Source: Anthoceros angustus (lineage: Eukaryota; Plantae; Anthocerotophyta). From it: 64,000 nucleotides of DNA. Below the pieces are notes generated by a model, which ran no database searches, was not told the DNA's origin, and saw only the letters and a program-made list of their open reading frames with translations. Below, piece after piece: positions 48,359 to 59,300 of the stretch. Location of the stretch: assembly GCA_010909165.1 (NCBI GenBank), contig VJWM01000116.1:888585-952584 (forward strand), in the 5' to 3' direction. A program made the translations under genes and the position numbers. Numbering within the stretch: the first letter of the stretch is position 1; each line of letters starts with the position of its first letter.

Positions 48359-50869
48359 GCTTTCCTCTACCTTCGCAGCTCATCACATATGTTAACCGCG
48401 TTTCAACGGCAAGTGCATGTATCCACCGATCGTCGTCAGCCCGCCGAGAATTGTCACCAACTCATGGTTGGTGTGAAGAGCCACATGGAAGCGCATCCTG
48501 GTCTAGGATGAAATCCGAAAGCAACAGGAAGGTGCGTGAAGGATATGGTCCGCGTCGCAGCGACATGGCAAGTAGACTGATGAAGACTTCAACAGGTCTG
48601 CGCCGATTGTGATATTCATTTGGCGAGCCACGTGATTCAATGCGTATCTCGTAGACACCCACTCAAAGCGCTGGCGATGGATGTTTTCCCACTTCTCCAA
48701 CATTCGACGATTGGCGCGAGGTGCAACACATGTTGCGCCGTGAAGTTCATGGATGACCGCCCATGGTAAGAAATTCAAAGTTGAGCCACATCACTCCATC
48801 TCGAAAGAGCGTAAGCGCTCACGGCTTCGCTCGACGCCATTTGTGCTACATGGGGCCGACAGACGCGCACTCGCTATGAACGAGACCGGCAAGTGCATCC
48901 CCATTATCGCCTTGTACCGACGCATCGATATATGTATCTTGTGAATACGGCTCACACTTATGTGGAAGGTGGCTTACATTTTGTAAGGGGGTGTGTTACG
49001 CTTCTTCTTGTGGTGTGTCTTACGCTATGTACCGTAAGGTGTCTTACACCGCAGATGTGTATGCAGGAGTTATAATCGTCGGATGCAAATACAATGTGGA
49101 GGTGGCGACAACCATGTCGGCACACAAGGAGGCTTTGGTGGTAAGAGTGCATCGATGAGAAATGAAGTGGTTTTGGATGCCGATCCGCATAACCAAGAAC
49201 GCGTTCGTTGAGTCCAATGACATATCAGGGCGATAGGTGGGACCCTCCTAATTGGCTGGAGGGAGGATTGGCAAATTCTTTCAGAGGAGTGCCGAGAAAG
49301 GTATGTGTTGTTTTCCATTTTCATTGTTTTGACTTCATGTATTGCCGATTGCTATTGTATATACGATGTCTTCTTGTTTTGATATCATGGCCACAAAAAT
49401 ATCGGGGAACTGCGCATTGGGTGATGCACACGACCACCCATCCTGAGGCGGTTCCATATGGAGTCGCAAAATATGGCGCATGGCGCCGAGGACTTTGGAA
49501 ACCGAGGGGTCGAGTGTTATGGGCTTGGGCGTAATACCGAACAGATTCGTTACCGATCACTGACTCCACCCTCGAAGTTGAGGGGTTCACTGCTTGTAAA
49601 GCGGTGGATTTCAAGCAGCCCGGCCTTGAGCCGCCTTCACATGGACTACGTCATTGCTGGGATGTTTCCAACAATGCATATTGTACCTGTGCATGGGTGA
49701 ATAGGCGGAGTTGATGGACAGCTCATCGAGGTATTTTGTTATCGCGATGAGGTGCCTTACGGATGTGTTCCACCGAGGTATTTTGGCATGTTATCATGAG
49801 CTGAGGCCCATACGGATGTATTTCAGCTAACATGTTTATCGTCAAGCGCCATGCAAAGGTTTACACTTCCGGATGAGGCACCTCGAGCACGCCAAGACAA
49901 CCTCGCACTGGCCGTACGATTTGAGGTTTTTCTATAGTAGGTGCAGAGGGCATCCCCTTCTTGGAACGATAGCAAGTGTCCTACGATGGACAACCGGGCT
50001 GGAATTAAGCAGCGGCGCGTTATCGACTTCGGAGATAGCTGGCGCATCCGGTTCCCGCCAGATAAGCGGAGCGTAATCCAGAGCATACCGCTCCTCCACA
50101 TTATGCAGGCGCCTTTGTTTAGAACATGGCAATAAGAGGGAAGGTGAAGCAGTCGGCAAACACAAGATTATCATTTGGAGAAACACTGTAGTCGCAGAGT
50201 CGTTGAAGCTAGCAATGCAACAAGCGCGAAAGCAAGCCACCAATCTTGGGATGTCATAGCAGAGGAACCCACCGGAGGAAATGTGTTACAATCGCTTATT
50301 CGGGATCTCGCGGACAACTGCTGGCGCACTAATCTATGTGACCGCCATGGGAGAGAGCCGAGGAGTCGTACACGAGCACACCATCGACGACGTCCGGCAA
50401 CAAACATTGCAAGCGGAAGAAGACGCCCGCGTGCAACGAATCGATTGCTTCGAACGGAGGATATCCGCGGCGATCGACTCACGCGATCATAAGACCACCA
50501 GCAGAGTTGATGAGTGCTGGATGAGAGGTGCGAAATGCATCGCGCCGCGTCGCCATTAACCACCCTACGAATGTTGCTTACCGCAACCCCGATAGCGTGC
50601 CTTCATCGCAACATCAGGAAGTTACACGAGTTCGCTAAGATAACATTCGAGCATGTCAGAACGTCTCCTCATACATGTATCGTAGATAGGAAGGGCGACA
50701 CACACAAAAAGGCTTGTTTTGGTCCGCCCGCCATCTTCTTCTATACATTCTACACATGTACACACAAGGCATGTAAGAGACAACTACGTAAGCCATCTTA
50801 CGATAACAAGTAAGGCATCTTCTTGCTCACGAGTAATGCACGTTCTGCACCCAATGTAATGTATGTTAC

Positions 50870-52330
50870 TACCCTAGCGAGGAAGTGAGTGGTGTCTGCG
50901 ACGCAAACCACTCGACAAATCCCCACGGCCCAGTACCCACCGAGAGACCACCCCAACCGCCTAGAGCGGGCATTGTCATGGTTGAGGTGCTGCGCCCACC
51001 ACGTAAGGTGGCGCGCAAGGCATGTTCTGCGCTACGCGAGGTGCCGGGCACGACGCGCAGTGTTGGCAATGATCGCTATGCGGTAGGGTTGGCATTGGGT
51101 TCGAACGGGTTCTGGGGAGTAGTAACATGGATTACATGCCGCATAACGCGCGTCGTACATGTCATGTAGTAACATGCCTTATGCGTGGGCACCTTACCGA
51201 GCTCCGCTTTCCCAACGTCCCGACCTCGGATCGCGGCCAGCACACCACCGTGCCCCGCGCCGCTTCTACTGCGTGAGGGGTCCCCGCCGCAACCGACCGG
51301 TGGGCAATGGCGAAGGTCCTCGGCCCCCACCGGTGTTATATAGAGTATCCAGATGGGACCATAGCAACGGTGAGGAAGTGAGTGGTTTGCCCGCAAACCA
51401 CTCGACCAATCCCCAGGCCCCACACCAGGGGACCACCCCAACCGCGAGCCCCTAGGACATGGTAGCATTGTCATGGTTGGAGGTGCGGTGCCCACTACGA
51501 CGTGAAGGTGCCTTATGCGCAAGGCATGATCGCGACGAGGAGGTGCCTTACGACGCGGCGGCGTAGTGTTGGCATCGGGTTGATGGCCTCATGCTGGAGC
51601 CTTGTTTACATACATTGGATTACGACGACGCGGTAGGGTTGGCATTGGATGCGATATGGCAAAGTGGGAGTAGTAACATGGATTACACGCGCAGTAACAT
51701 GCGTTACATGTCATGTAGTAACATACGCCTTATGCGTGGGCTTTTACGAGTTCCGCTTTCCCAACGCTTCCCGACCGGATCGCCAGAGCACACCACCGTG
51801 CTCCCCGCTGGCGCCTTCAACTCCTCGTGCGAGGTCACCGCCGCAACCGACCGGGTCGGCGGGTCCCTCGTGGCCCCACCCGTGTTATATAGAGTATCGG
51901 TGATGGGACCATAGCGACCAGTGAGAAGTGAGTGGCTTGCCCGACGCGAAACCACTCGACAATCTCTCACACCGCAGGCCCACACCACGGGGGACTACCC
52001 CAACCGCGGGAGCCCCTAGGACGTGGCATTGGTTGGGCGGCTGGAGTGCCCACTATGACGTAAGGTGCCTTTGGCGCGCAAGGCATGTTACCGCTGATGC
52101 GAGGTGCCTGCTGCATTTAATGCTATGCGGTAGTGTTGGCAATGGCGACGCGCGTAGGGTTGGTTACATTGGGTTTAACGCGGTAGCATAGGGGAGTAGT
52201 AACATGGATTACATGCCGCGCGAAGAACGCGGCGCTATACATGTCATGTAGTAACATGCCTTATGCGTGCTGGCATTGGGTGAACGCGGCTTACGCTTAT
52301 CAAAGTAACATGGATTACATTATGCAAGAA
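50870..52330. repeat. ~500-550-bp tandem repeats (about 3 copies) at the distal end of the unit
   Basis: gtgagtgg..cgcaaaccactcgac.aatc at ~50885, ~51378 and ~51928. gggagtagtaacatggattaca..gtcatgtagtaacat at ~51115, ~51666 and ~52192. Confidence 0.8.
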
Positions 52331-52446
52331 CGCGTGACATGTACCCAAGCAACATGCCGTGAGGGTGTTATTCGTAACGTGGCATACATGGTGTCTGTAA
52401 TATGCCTGTGGTAATCCAAAGGCGATCCAAATGGGAGAAGAAAGCC

Positions 52447-52475
52447 GATTTGAAATTCGAATTCAATTTCAAATC
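52447..52475. other. AT-rich hairpin (11-bp perfect arms) at the unit junction; candidate replication origin
   Basis: GATTTGAAATT-cgaattc-AATTTCAAATC. The hairpin is seen directly; the origin function is inference. Confidence 0.55.
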
Positions 52476-52562
52476 AGCACTGGGGGCTGTGAGGGGTTTG
52501 AGGGCGCTTTGGTGTGAAGGCGTTGCGTGTGAGGGACGCTCGTGTTATGTCGCAGGCTATGC

Positions 52563-53032
52563 GGTGCCCGCTTACACGTGAAGACCGCTCACACTTCAAG
52601 GCGGTTTCGGTTGCCGCCGCCGCCACAAAGCCGCGAGTGCATTACACGTGAAGGCTGCTCACCCTTCAGCGGCTCGGTTGCCGCCGCCACAAAGTTTCGC
52701 AGGTGCCTTACACGCGAAGGCCGCTCACCTTCAAGGCGGCTTTTGCCGCCGCCGCCACGCTGGCAGAGTGCCTTACACGTGAAGGCCGCTCACCCTTCAA
52801 GGCGGCCGTGGTTGCCGCCGCCCGCCTACAGCGCAGTGCCTTACACGTGAAGGCCGCTCACCCCAAGGCGGCCGTGGCTTGCCGCCGCCACGGTGTTTCG
52901 CAGAAAGTGCCTTACACGTGAAGGCTGCTCACCCTTCGCGCCGTGGTTGCCGCCGCCGCCACGTTTCGCAGAGTGCCTTACACGTGAAGGCTGCTCACCC
53001 TTCAAGGCGGCTCGGTGGTTGCCGCCGCCGCC
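52563..53032. repeat. Seven ~66-71-bp tandem repeats centred on GCCTTACACGTGAAGGC
   Basis: CACGTG (one CACGCG) cores at 52575, 52645, 52711, 52776, 52844, 52915 and 52981. Confidence 0.92.
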
Positions 53033-55618
53033 ATGGTCGCCCGGAAGGGAAATCAAGGTAATATACTACTTGGGTTTGTAATATAGCTATGAGAAACAAG
53101 TAAACAAGTAACGCTGCTTGATCTATGTTTGCGTGCTCACCAAGGCAAGATATGTAGATGTTCGACTTGCTAACCGCCGCGTGGTCGAGAGGTTCAAGCT
53201 ATCTTTGCGCACTCAAGAATGTCCCACGGGATACAAGGTTGCAAAGCCGACCGGACATTACCTGTGAGAGAGGCACTTCGAAGTGCTCACATCAATTGTA
53301 ACCAGAGCGACTTAAGAGGAAGGCAAAAGGCGCCTGGACCTCAATCGACATGGCCCAATACCAAGGCAAGTATCCGTGCGTGAACGTGCCTTATTGTGTA
53401 TTACAAGAATCGACATCACATTGTGTATTGTAGAATGTACATAGCGAGGATTCCACGAATCGCGTCCGGCAACAAGTGAGAAAAGGCGGAAGGGGGCTGC
53501 GTGACACAAGAAGATGGCGGGCCGTATAATTAGTGAGATTTATGAGGGAAGCGGACGTGAAACAGAGTCCGGAAGATGAGGAGGCCGAACGTGGGAAGTG
53601 AGAAAGCAAAGATTTTCCGTTGGAGTGACAAATGCACATGTGGTCGCTTTTGAGAGGTTTGTAGAGCCCGCCTGTTAGACGAGGTAAATGGCCGGTACAA
53701 GATCGATGGCTTTTCCAGCCTTTGTGCATTGCAAACAAGATAATGCATCTGCATCTATGGAGGCAGAGACGGTGATGCACCGCCTGATTGGGTGGACAGG
53801 GGAAGGGTGGGGAACGCCATCAACGATTACAAGGATTACCATCCCAAGAAGACATTCTAGTGCTGCACTTTTGTGGTTGGGTTTCATTCATCGGGCCAAC
53901 CATGTTGCGTGTTCAAGTTCTTATTTTGAAGAGTTCGAGTGTTTATTCTATTCCTCATGGAACACTTCGAAAGATATGAGCGATGAGGTTATGGGAGCAA
54001 CACTTTTCCAAGATTCAAGAGTTCCCGGTCCCCAAAATTTCCCTGGTAAGTATTTCTTCACCGTCACCATCATTTTCATGTCCTTTCCATGTTCCAATGC
54101 CGTGGTGCAAAGGTATAGAAGACGAGGACATACAAGTGGATGCGCAAGTGAAGTTAATGGAAGAAAGGGCAGCTCGAGAGCACATGAGGACATGGCCACC
54201 GACCATGAACAATCCAACGTCGCGAACGAAGCAGGATGAGGACGAAATAACTGATTCTCATCCGAGGAGGAGGAGGAGGAGGAGGAGGAGGAGGAGGAGG
54301 AGGAGGAGGAGGAGGAGGAGGATGAGGAGGGGAGGAGGTTGGGGAGGAGGAAGAGGAGCGCCAGATGTACAAGGATGGGCGGTTCCAGCATTTTCCCCCA
54401 TGTGCAAGCCATGGTCGGAAGGTAATCGTAGTTTTTCCGGCATGTGCTCTCGATTATCGTGTGTAACAGAATGTAATGCCATGTTAGCAAAGGTGTTTGT
54501 TGCGATTTTACATCGATGGTAAATGCATCTTATGCAATGTGTTTGTTGTGGAACTTACTTACTAGTAATGTGATGTATCTTAAGAGAAGAGGGGAGGAGG
54601 TGAAGGAGGGGAGCAGGAGGGGTTCGTGAAGGGGGGGAGAAAGAGGATGAGGTTCGTGGGGAGGAAGCGAGCCACAGCGGAGAAACAAGGAAGAGGCGGG
54701 TTCCAAGATTTTCCGCATGTTCAAGGCATGGTCGGAAGGTACTATAACGGATAGTTGTAATGTATGTTGAGACATCGCGTTTGTTGTAGAAGTTACAGGT
54801 TTAGCTCTCATGTATGGAGACATCTGCTTTGTTGTGGAACTTAAGACGGTGCACTGTAATGTTTCTTAAGAAGAGGGGAGGACGAGGAGGGGAGGAAGGG
54901 AGGAGGTGGGGTGGAGGAAGAGGAGGAACAAAGCAGGTACAAGGAGGAGGAGGAAGCGGGGAGGAAGGGGTTGAGGTTGGGGAGGAGGAAGAGGAGCCAG
55001 TACAAGGATGCGCTGGTTCCCGATTTCCCCCATGGAAGCCATGGTCGCAAGGTACTGTTTTTTCCTTGCATGCTCACATTATCGAAATGTACATGTTACA
55101 AAGAAAGGTGTTTGTTGCAATTTACATCGCAGCCGTAATGCATCTTACGATGTGTTTGTTATGGAACCACGACGGGTACTGCATCAGATCTTACAAAAAG
55201 GGAGGAGGAGGAGGAGGAGGAGGACGAGTGGGGAGGGGAGGCAGGAAGAACTTCATGGACATGCAGATTTTTGCATGTGCCTCCTCTCCGCTGCCCCCAC
55301 CCGAAGGCGCCTGAGGAGGCCCCTCAACCGAGGCAGATGAGGTACGACCCCTCCCCGCACGAAGACGATTGGCCCGAGGAGTCCACACGATCTCGGCGCC
55401 AGTAAGATGTCGCCCGTGGTTCCTCGAATTGTGGAAGGATCTGATGTGGGATGTTTTGACCCGTAATTGTTGGTTCCTCCATGGCAAAGAAGGGCCACCG
55501 CTGGCGAACCATCTCCACGAGGCTGGTTAGTGCTGCAGGATTGACGCGTGTCTTCAGCGACGCAGCCCCTGGTGGAGCCAACCCCAAGAAGAAGAGGCGG
55601 AGGCGGAGGCGATTTTAA
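53033..55618 (+). pseudogene. Element gene A, copy 2 (acidic, repeated exons, C-terminal PKKKRRRRRRF*)
   Basis: gccgccATGG at 53033, the same intron positions as copy 1, and TAA at 55616-55618. Frameshifted as assembled. Confidence 0.6.
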
Positions 55619-56314
55619 TGTGCTTTACATGAATCAAATGGGCGGTGTACACTTTACCACCGAGGGTGTTTGCATGGATGATAATAAGTTTTACGAAACG
55701 CTAGGTAATGCGTTACATGAATGCGTGGTAAGGTACTTCTACTGCTTAGGGTCTTTACATGACTAACACCTTCGGGGTCTCTAAATTCTTCTGGCAGGGC
55801 GCAGGGTCGGGCGGGTGTAGTCACCGTGGACCATGGGGGAGAGGGGTGCGGCAATGGGTGACTATGTCGCTTTAACCCTAAAGATCGTGAGGTTCTACGT
55901 AATGCGAGAAGGTCCTTTACAACAGTCATGACTTACACCTTTCTCCAACTAACAGTATGGCGCGCGAAAGGCCGGGCGAGGTCGAGGTCGAGGTCGAGGT
56001 GGCCGCCGAGGCGTAGGCCGAGGCGTGGCAGGCGAGGTCGAGGGCGAGGCGAGGGCGAGGTGGAGCGGCGCGGGTGAGGGCGAGGGCGGTGCGGCGCGGC
56101 AGCCGCCACGGACCACGGGGAAGGGGTGCTTGCATGACCGTAACGTGCTTTTAACACTTCACGTGTAAGGTACGTTACACCGATACCGTAAGGGTTGTAA
56201 CATGATTACTGTTGTAAGGTTCTTTACGCCACGCGTGGTCATGACTTACAACCGGCGCCTCTAAATTCAAACCGCAGGGCCGGAGTGGTGGTTGTTCCTT
56301 GAGGCGTGGAGGTC

Positions 56315-59300
56315 ATGGAGTACCGTGGAATCCCCATGTCGGGTGTGAAGTGGTTCTCGACATACAACCGTGCAGAAAAACCAAAACCCCTTCCATGCTG
56401 GAGTTGTTCACGATCCGGTGTTCATGGGCCGGAATTGAAGAGGTTGTGGCAAAACGTTTGTACTTGCTTCCCCTGCTGCTATTTGGGACATTATGTGGAA
56501 GGCGAGGAGTAGTGGAGCTATCTGCTCTTTTTATGATATTGTCCACGCGAACAAGCCAGTTCCAGGGTTTGGGGACGTCGATTTGAAGCCCCACAAGGCG
56601 CTCACCGACGAAGTGCGGGCCAAGTTAAAGGATATATTCGTACAGTGGATATAGCGATGACATGGTAGGGGAGATTTTTCAAATCCATGACAGCCTCGTT
56701 GGAAAGGAGTTCTGCTTTGTTCGGGTTGTTGTGGTGGTGGGAGGTACGTTTTGTAATGTACATTACAATGTTGATATGTAATGTACACTTGAACTTTAAT
56801 CTCTAAGGGCCATGACGACTTTCATCCGTAATATACCCACGTTGTTCATTCTCAATCCCGCAGATACCGCCACTGCGGCGTACTAGCCTCATCGGGTTTG
56901 AGGATTTCGGTGAGAAGGTGCTCCTCTTGAACGCTGCACACAAAATTCTCTTGTCATTTCGTCTTAGAGAGTAATTTTAAGGATCACGTGGTGTCCTTGA
57001 GATCTTGGGCCAGAGCTGGATAGGTTCGCATGGCACGTGGTGTGTCAGGACTTCACTCCACGACGGATGAGGCAGCGAAAGGAATGCTCGCTCGATGATG
57101 TTTTGGACAATTTGTGTTGTCGGGCGAATGGAGGCTTAGAGTTGAAGGACGAGGTCCGAGCCCATTGACGACATAATCGATACACGGAGAAGCAGGAAGC
57201 TTGCGCTGTCAGCGGTTGGACCGTCGAACCATGCACACCGTTGAGGTGGGTCTCGTATGGATGTCGCGGATCGCAGACATCAAGCAAAGCATGGCATCAC
57301 GGTTTCGCGCGATGTCTCGCCGGACCGGTGTCCCAAACCAAAGTGCAGCCGGAGAGGTGGGATGCCGCCTTGCCGAATGCAAGAATTATTGGTTAAAGGC
57401 ATGTCTGGTTTGGCAACAAAAGATGTGTACCGTATATGTCGGTTGGGTACGATGGGGGCTGCTACCCGGCCGTGGTGCCGCGTCGATGATCTATGTCAAT
57501 GTGCCCGCTGATATCCGACACCGTTATGGGCATGTATGCCGAAGTAAGACATGTAAACTGTAAGGCATATTATAGTGTTGGTTTGTAATGTACCTAATCG
57601 GTTGTGAGAACTATTGTCACCGCAGTGCAGGTATCCACGGACTTCTATGCGGGTTCAAGCTCGATATGTTGAGACCATATCGTAGAGGCGGGAGCGCTAT
57701 GGCATCGGGCCGCGGGGCAGCGAACGATATGGCTCGCCGGAGAATTTCGCGGGATTATCGCCCAAGACATCCCACGCCAACACAGAGCTGGCCAACCCTC
57801 TCGCCGCCGCTGTAGGTTGGAGGGTGGAACATACACATCCGCCCGTTAGTGTGGGTCGAGGACATGCCCCATCAACAACGGCTATGCGACTTAGAGAATG
57901 GAACACATGTTTTCATTGGGGTCCTTCATGTGGCGACTCGATGTCAAGGCAATCCTATCCAACTCCATGCGACATGTACGACCACGACCGCATGACGGTG
58001 GGTGTTTGGTGCTTTGGGTGCAAATCATGGCGTGGGAGATGTTGAGACGGCCCGTGGATCGGACTGGTGAAAACTCCGAGCCCTGGAAAGGACTAGGCTT
58101 TGAAGTCAATTGGGAAAGATACAACGATATCGATTTCGAGGAATCGATCGAAGTTCATCGCCCTGACGCAGTGACTCCAACAAGTTGGTACCGTCTGAAG
58201 CTATATCATATTCAATCGACGCCCGCTTAACAAACATTGATGTATTGCAGCCCGAGCTACGGAAGACTAAGCGCGCTCAATGGGTGAAGTACACGTACCG
58301 TAAACCCGCGACGAGGTGATTCTCATCACGCACCGTGTTCTTTTGGGCTGCGAACTACACCTACGCTTGAATAAATTGTTGCATCCCCATGATCCTGAGA
58401 GGGGTCCTGCCCGTTTCTATCAAGACCTGCTAGGTGACGTGGGTGATGGTATATGTACGGTTTGCCTCAATTCGTTGGGGAAGAATGTGTCGGAGGAGTT
58501 CATCCAGAATGTGGATTACGTCATTGTGGATGAGGCAAAGGCTGTGCGGAAGCATTCGGTGGGTGCCACGATGGACTCTGGTGGCCTAGCAAATAGGGTG
58601 GAGGACATACTGACGAGGCTCGTCAGAACTGCAAAGAAGGTTGTCATCATGGAATGGGACATGGATCGACGAACAGTGGGTTGGTTCACATCGCGTGATG
58701 GTGTAGACCCATCGGACAGGGATAAGGTGTATGCGTACTGTTGGAACGTAGGCGTTCCGCGACAACCCATGTTGATCACACACAGCTATTATGTGTTATT
58801 TCCGTATGTGACCGAATGAGCGTGCGACGGAGAGTGTGCTTCAGAGTGAGTGTGCTTACAAGATGAGTGTGCTTACAAAGATGAGTGTGCTTAAGAGTGA
58901 GTGTCCTTACATCGCAGAGTGAGTGTCCTTACATCAGACAGAGTGAGTGTCTCACATCCGCATGCAGTGAGTGTCCTTACATCCGCATGCAGTGAGTGTC
59001 CTTACACTCCGCTTCTCTACCTTTCGCAGCTCATCACATATGTTAACTGGGTTTACACAACGGCAAGTGCATGTATCCACCGACGTCTCAGGCTCCGCCG
59101 AGAATTGTCACCAACTCATGGTTGGTGTGAAGAGCCACATGGAAGCGCATCCTACATGGTCTAGGGATGAAATCCGAGCAACGCAGGGAAGGGTGAAGGG
59201 GATATGGTCTGATGTCGCAAAGGACAAGTGGCAAGTAGACCTGATGAAGACTTCAACAGTGGTCTCATACCGATTGTGATATTCTATTTGGCAGCCCCTG

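Larger units (their letters stand above)
39552..50813 (+). pseudogene. Element gene B, copy 1: PrimPol-type AEP primase fused to UL9-like origin-binding SF2 helicase; disrupted by the 40521-46663 insertion
   Basis: AEP: KWFSTYNQA..LFAHDL..KRLYLL..FYDIVHSNKP..WFGDADL (DxD at 39822-39830), KFSCH (40197-40211, SxH), PID..YT (~40425-40450). Helicase: AP.SHGKT-like Walker A (~47645-47670), VILITHRVLL, VDE, KKVVIME.DMD. Reconstructed across frameshifts. Confidence 0.75.
36022..52550 (+). mobile_element. Copy 1 of a tandem ~10.7-kb PrimPol/origin-binding-helicase element (16.8-kb period because of a nested 6.1-kb insertion)
   Basis: Colinear similarity to 52550-62100, e.g. gggaaatc(g)aaggtaatatactacttggg at ~36224, ~53047 and ~62175. 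Boundaries are approximate. Confidence 0.8.

Noticed and set aside
57236-57250. 6.1-kb microhomology-mediated deletion in copy 2
   Set aside because: TIRs and a 4-bp TSD show it is an insertion in copy 1, not a deletion in copy 2.
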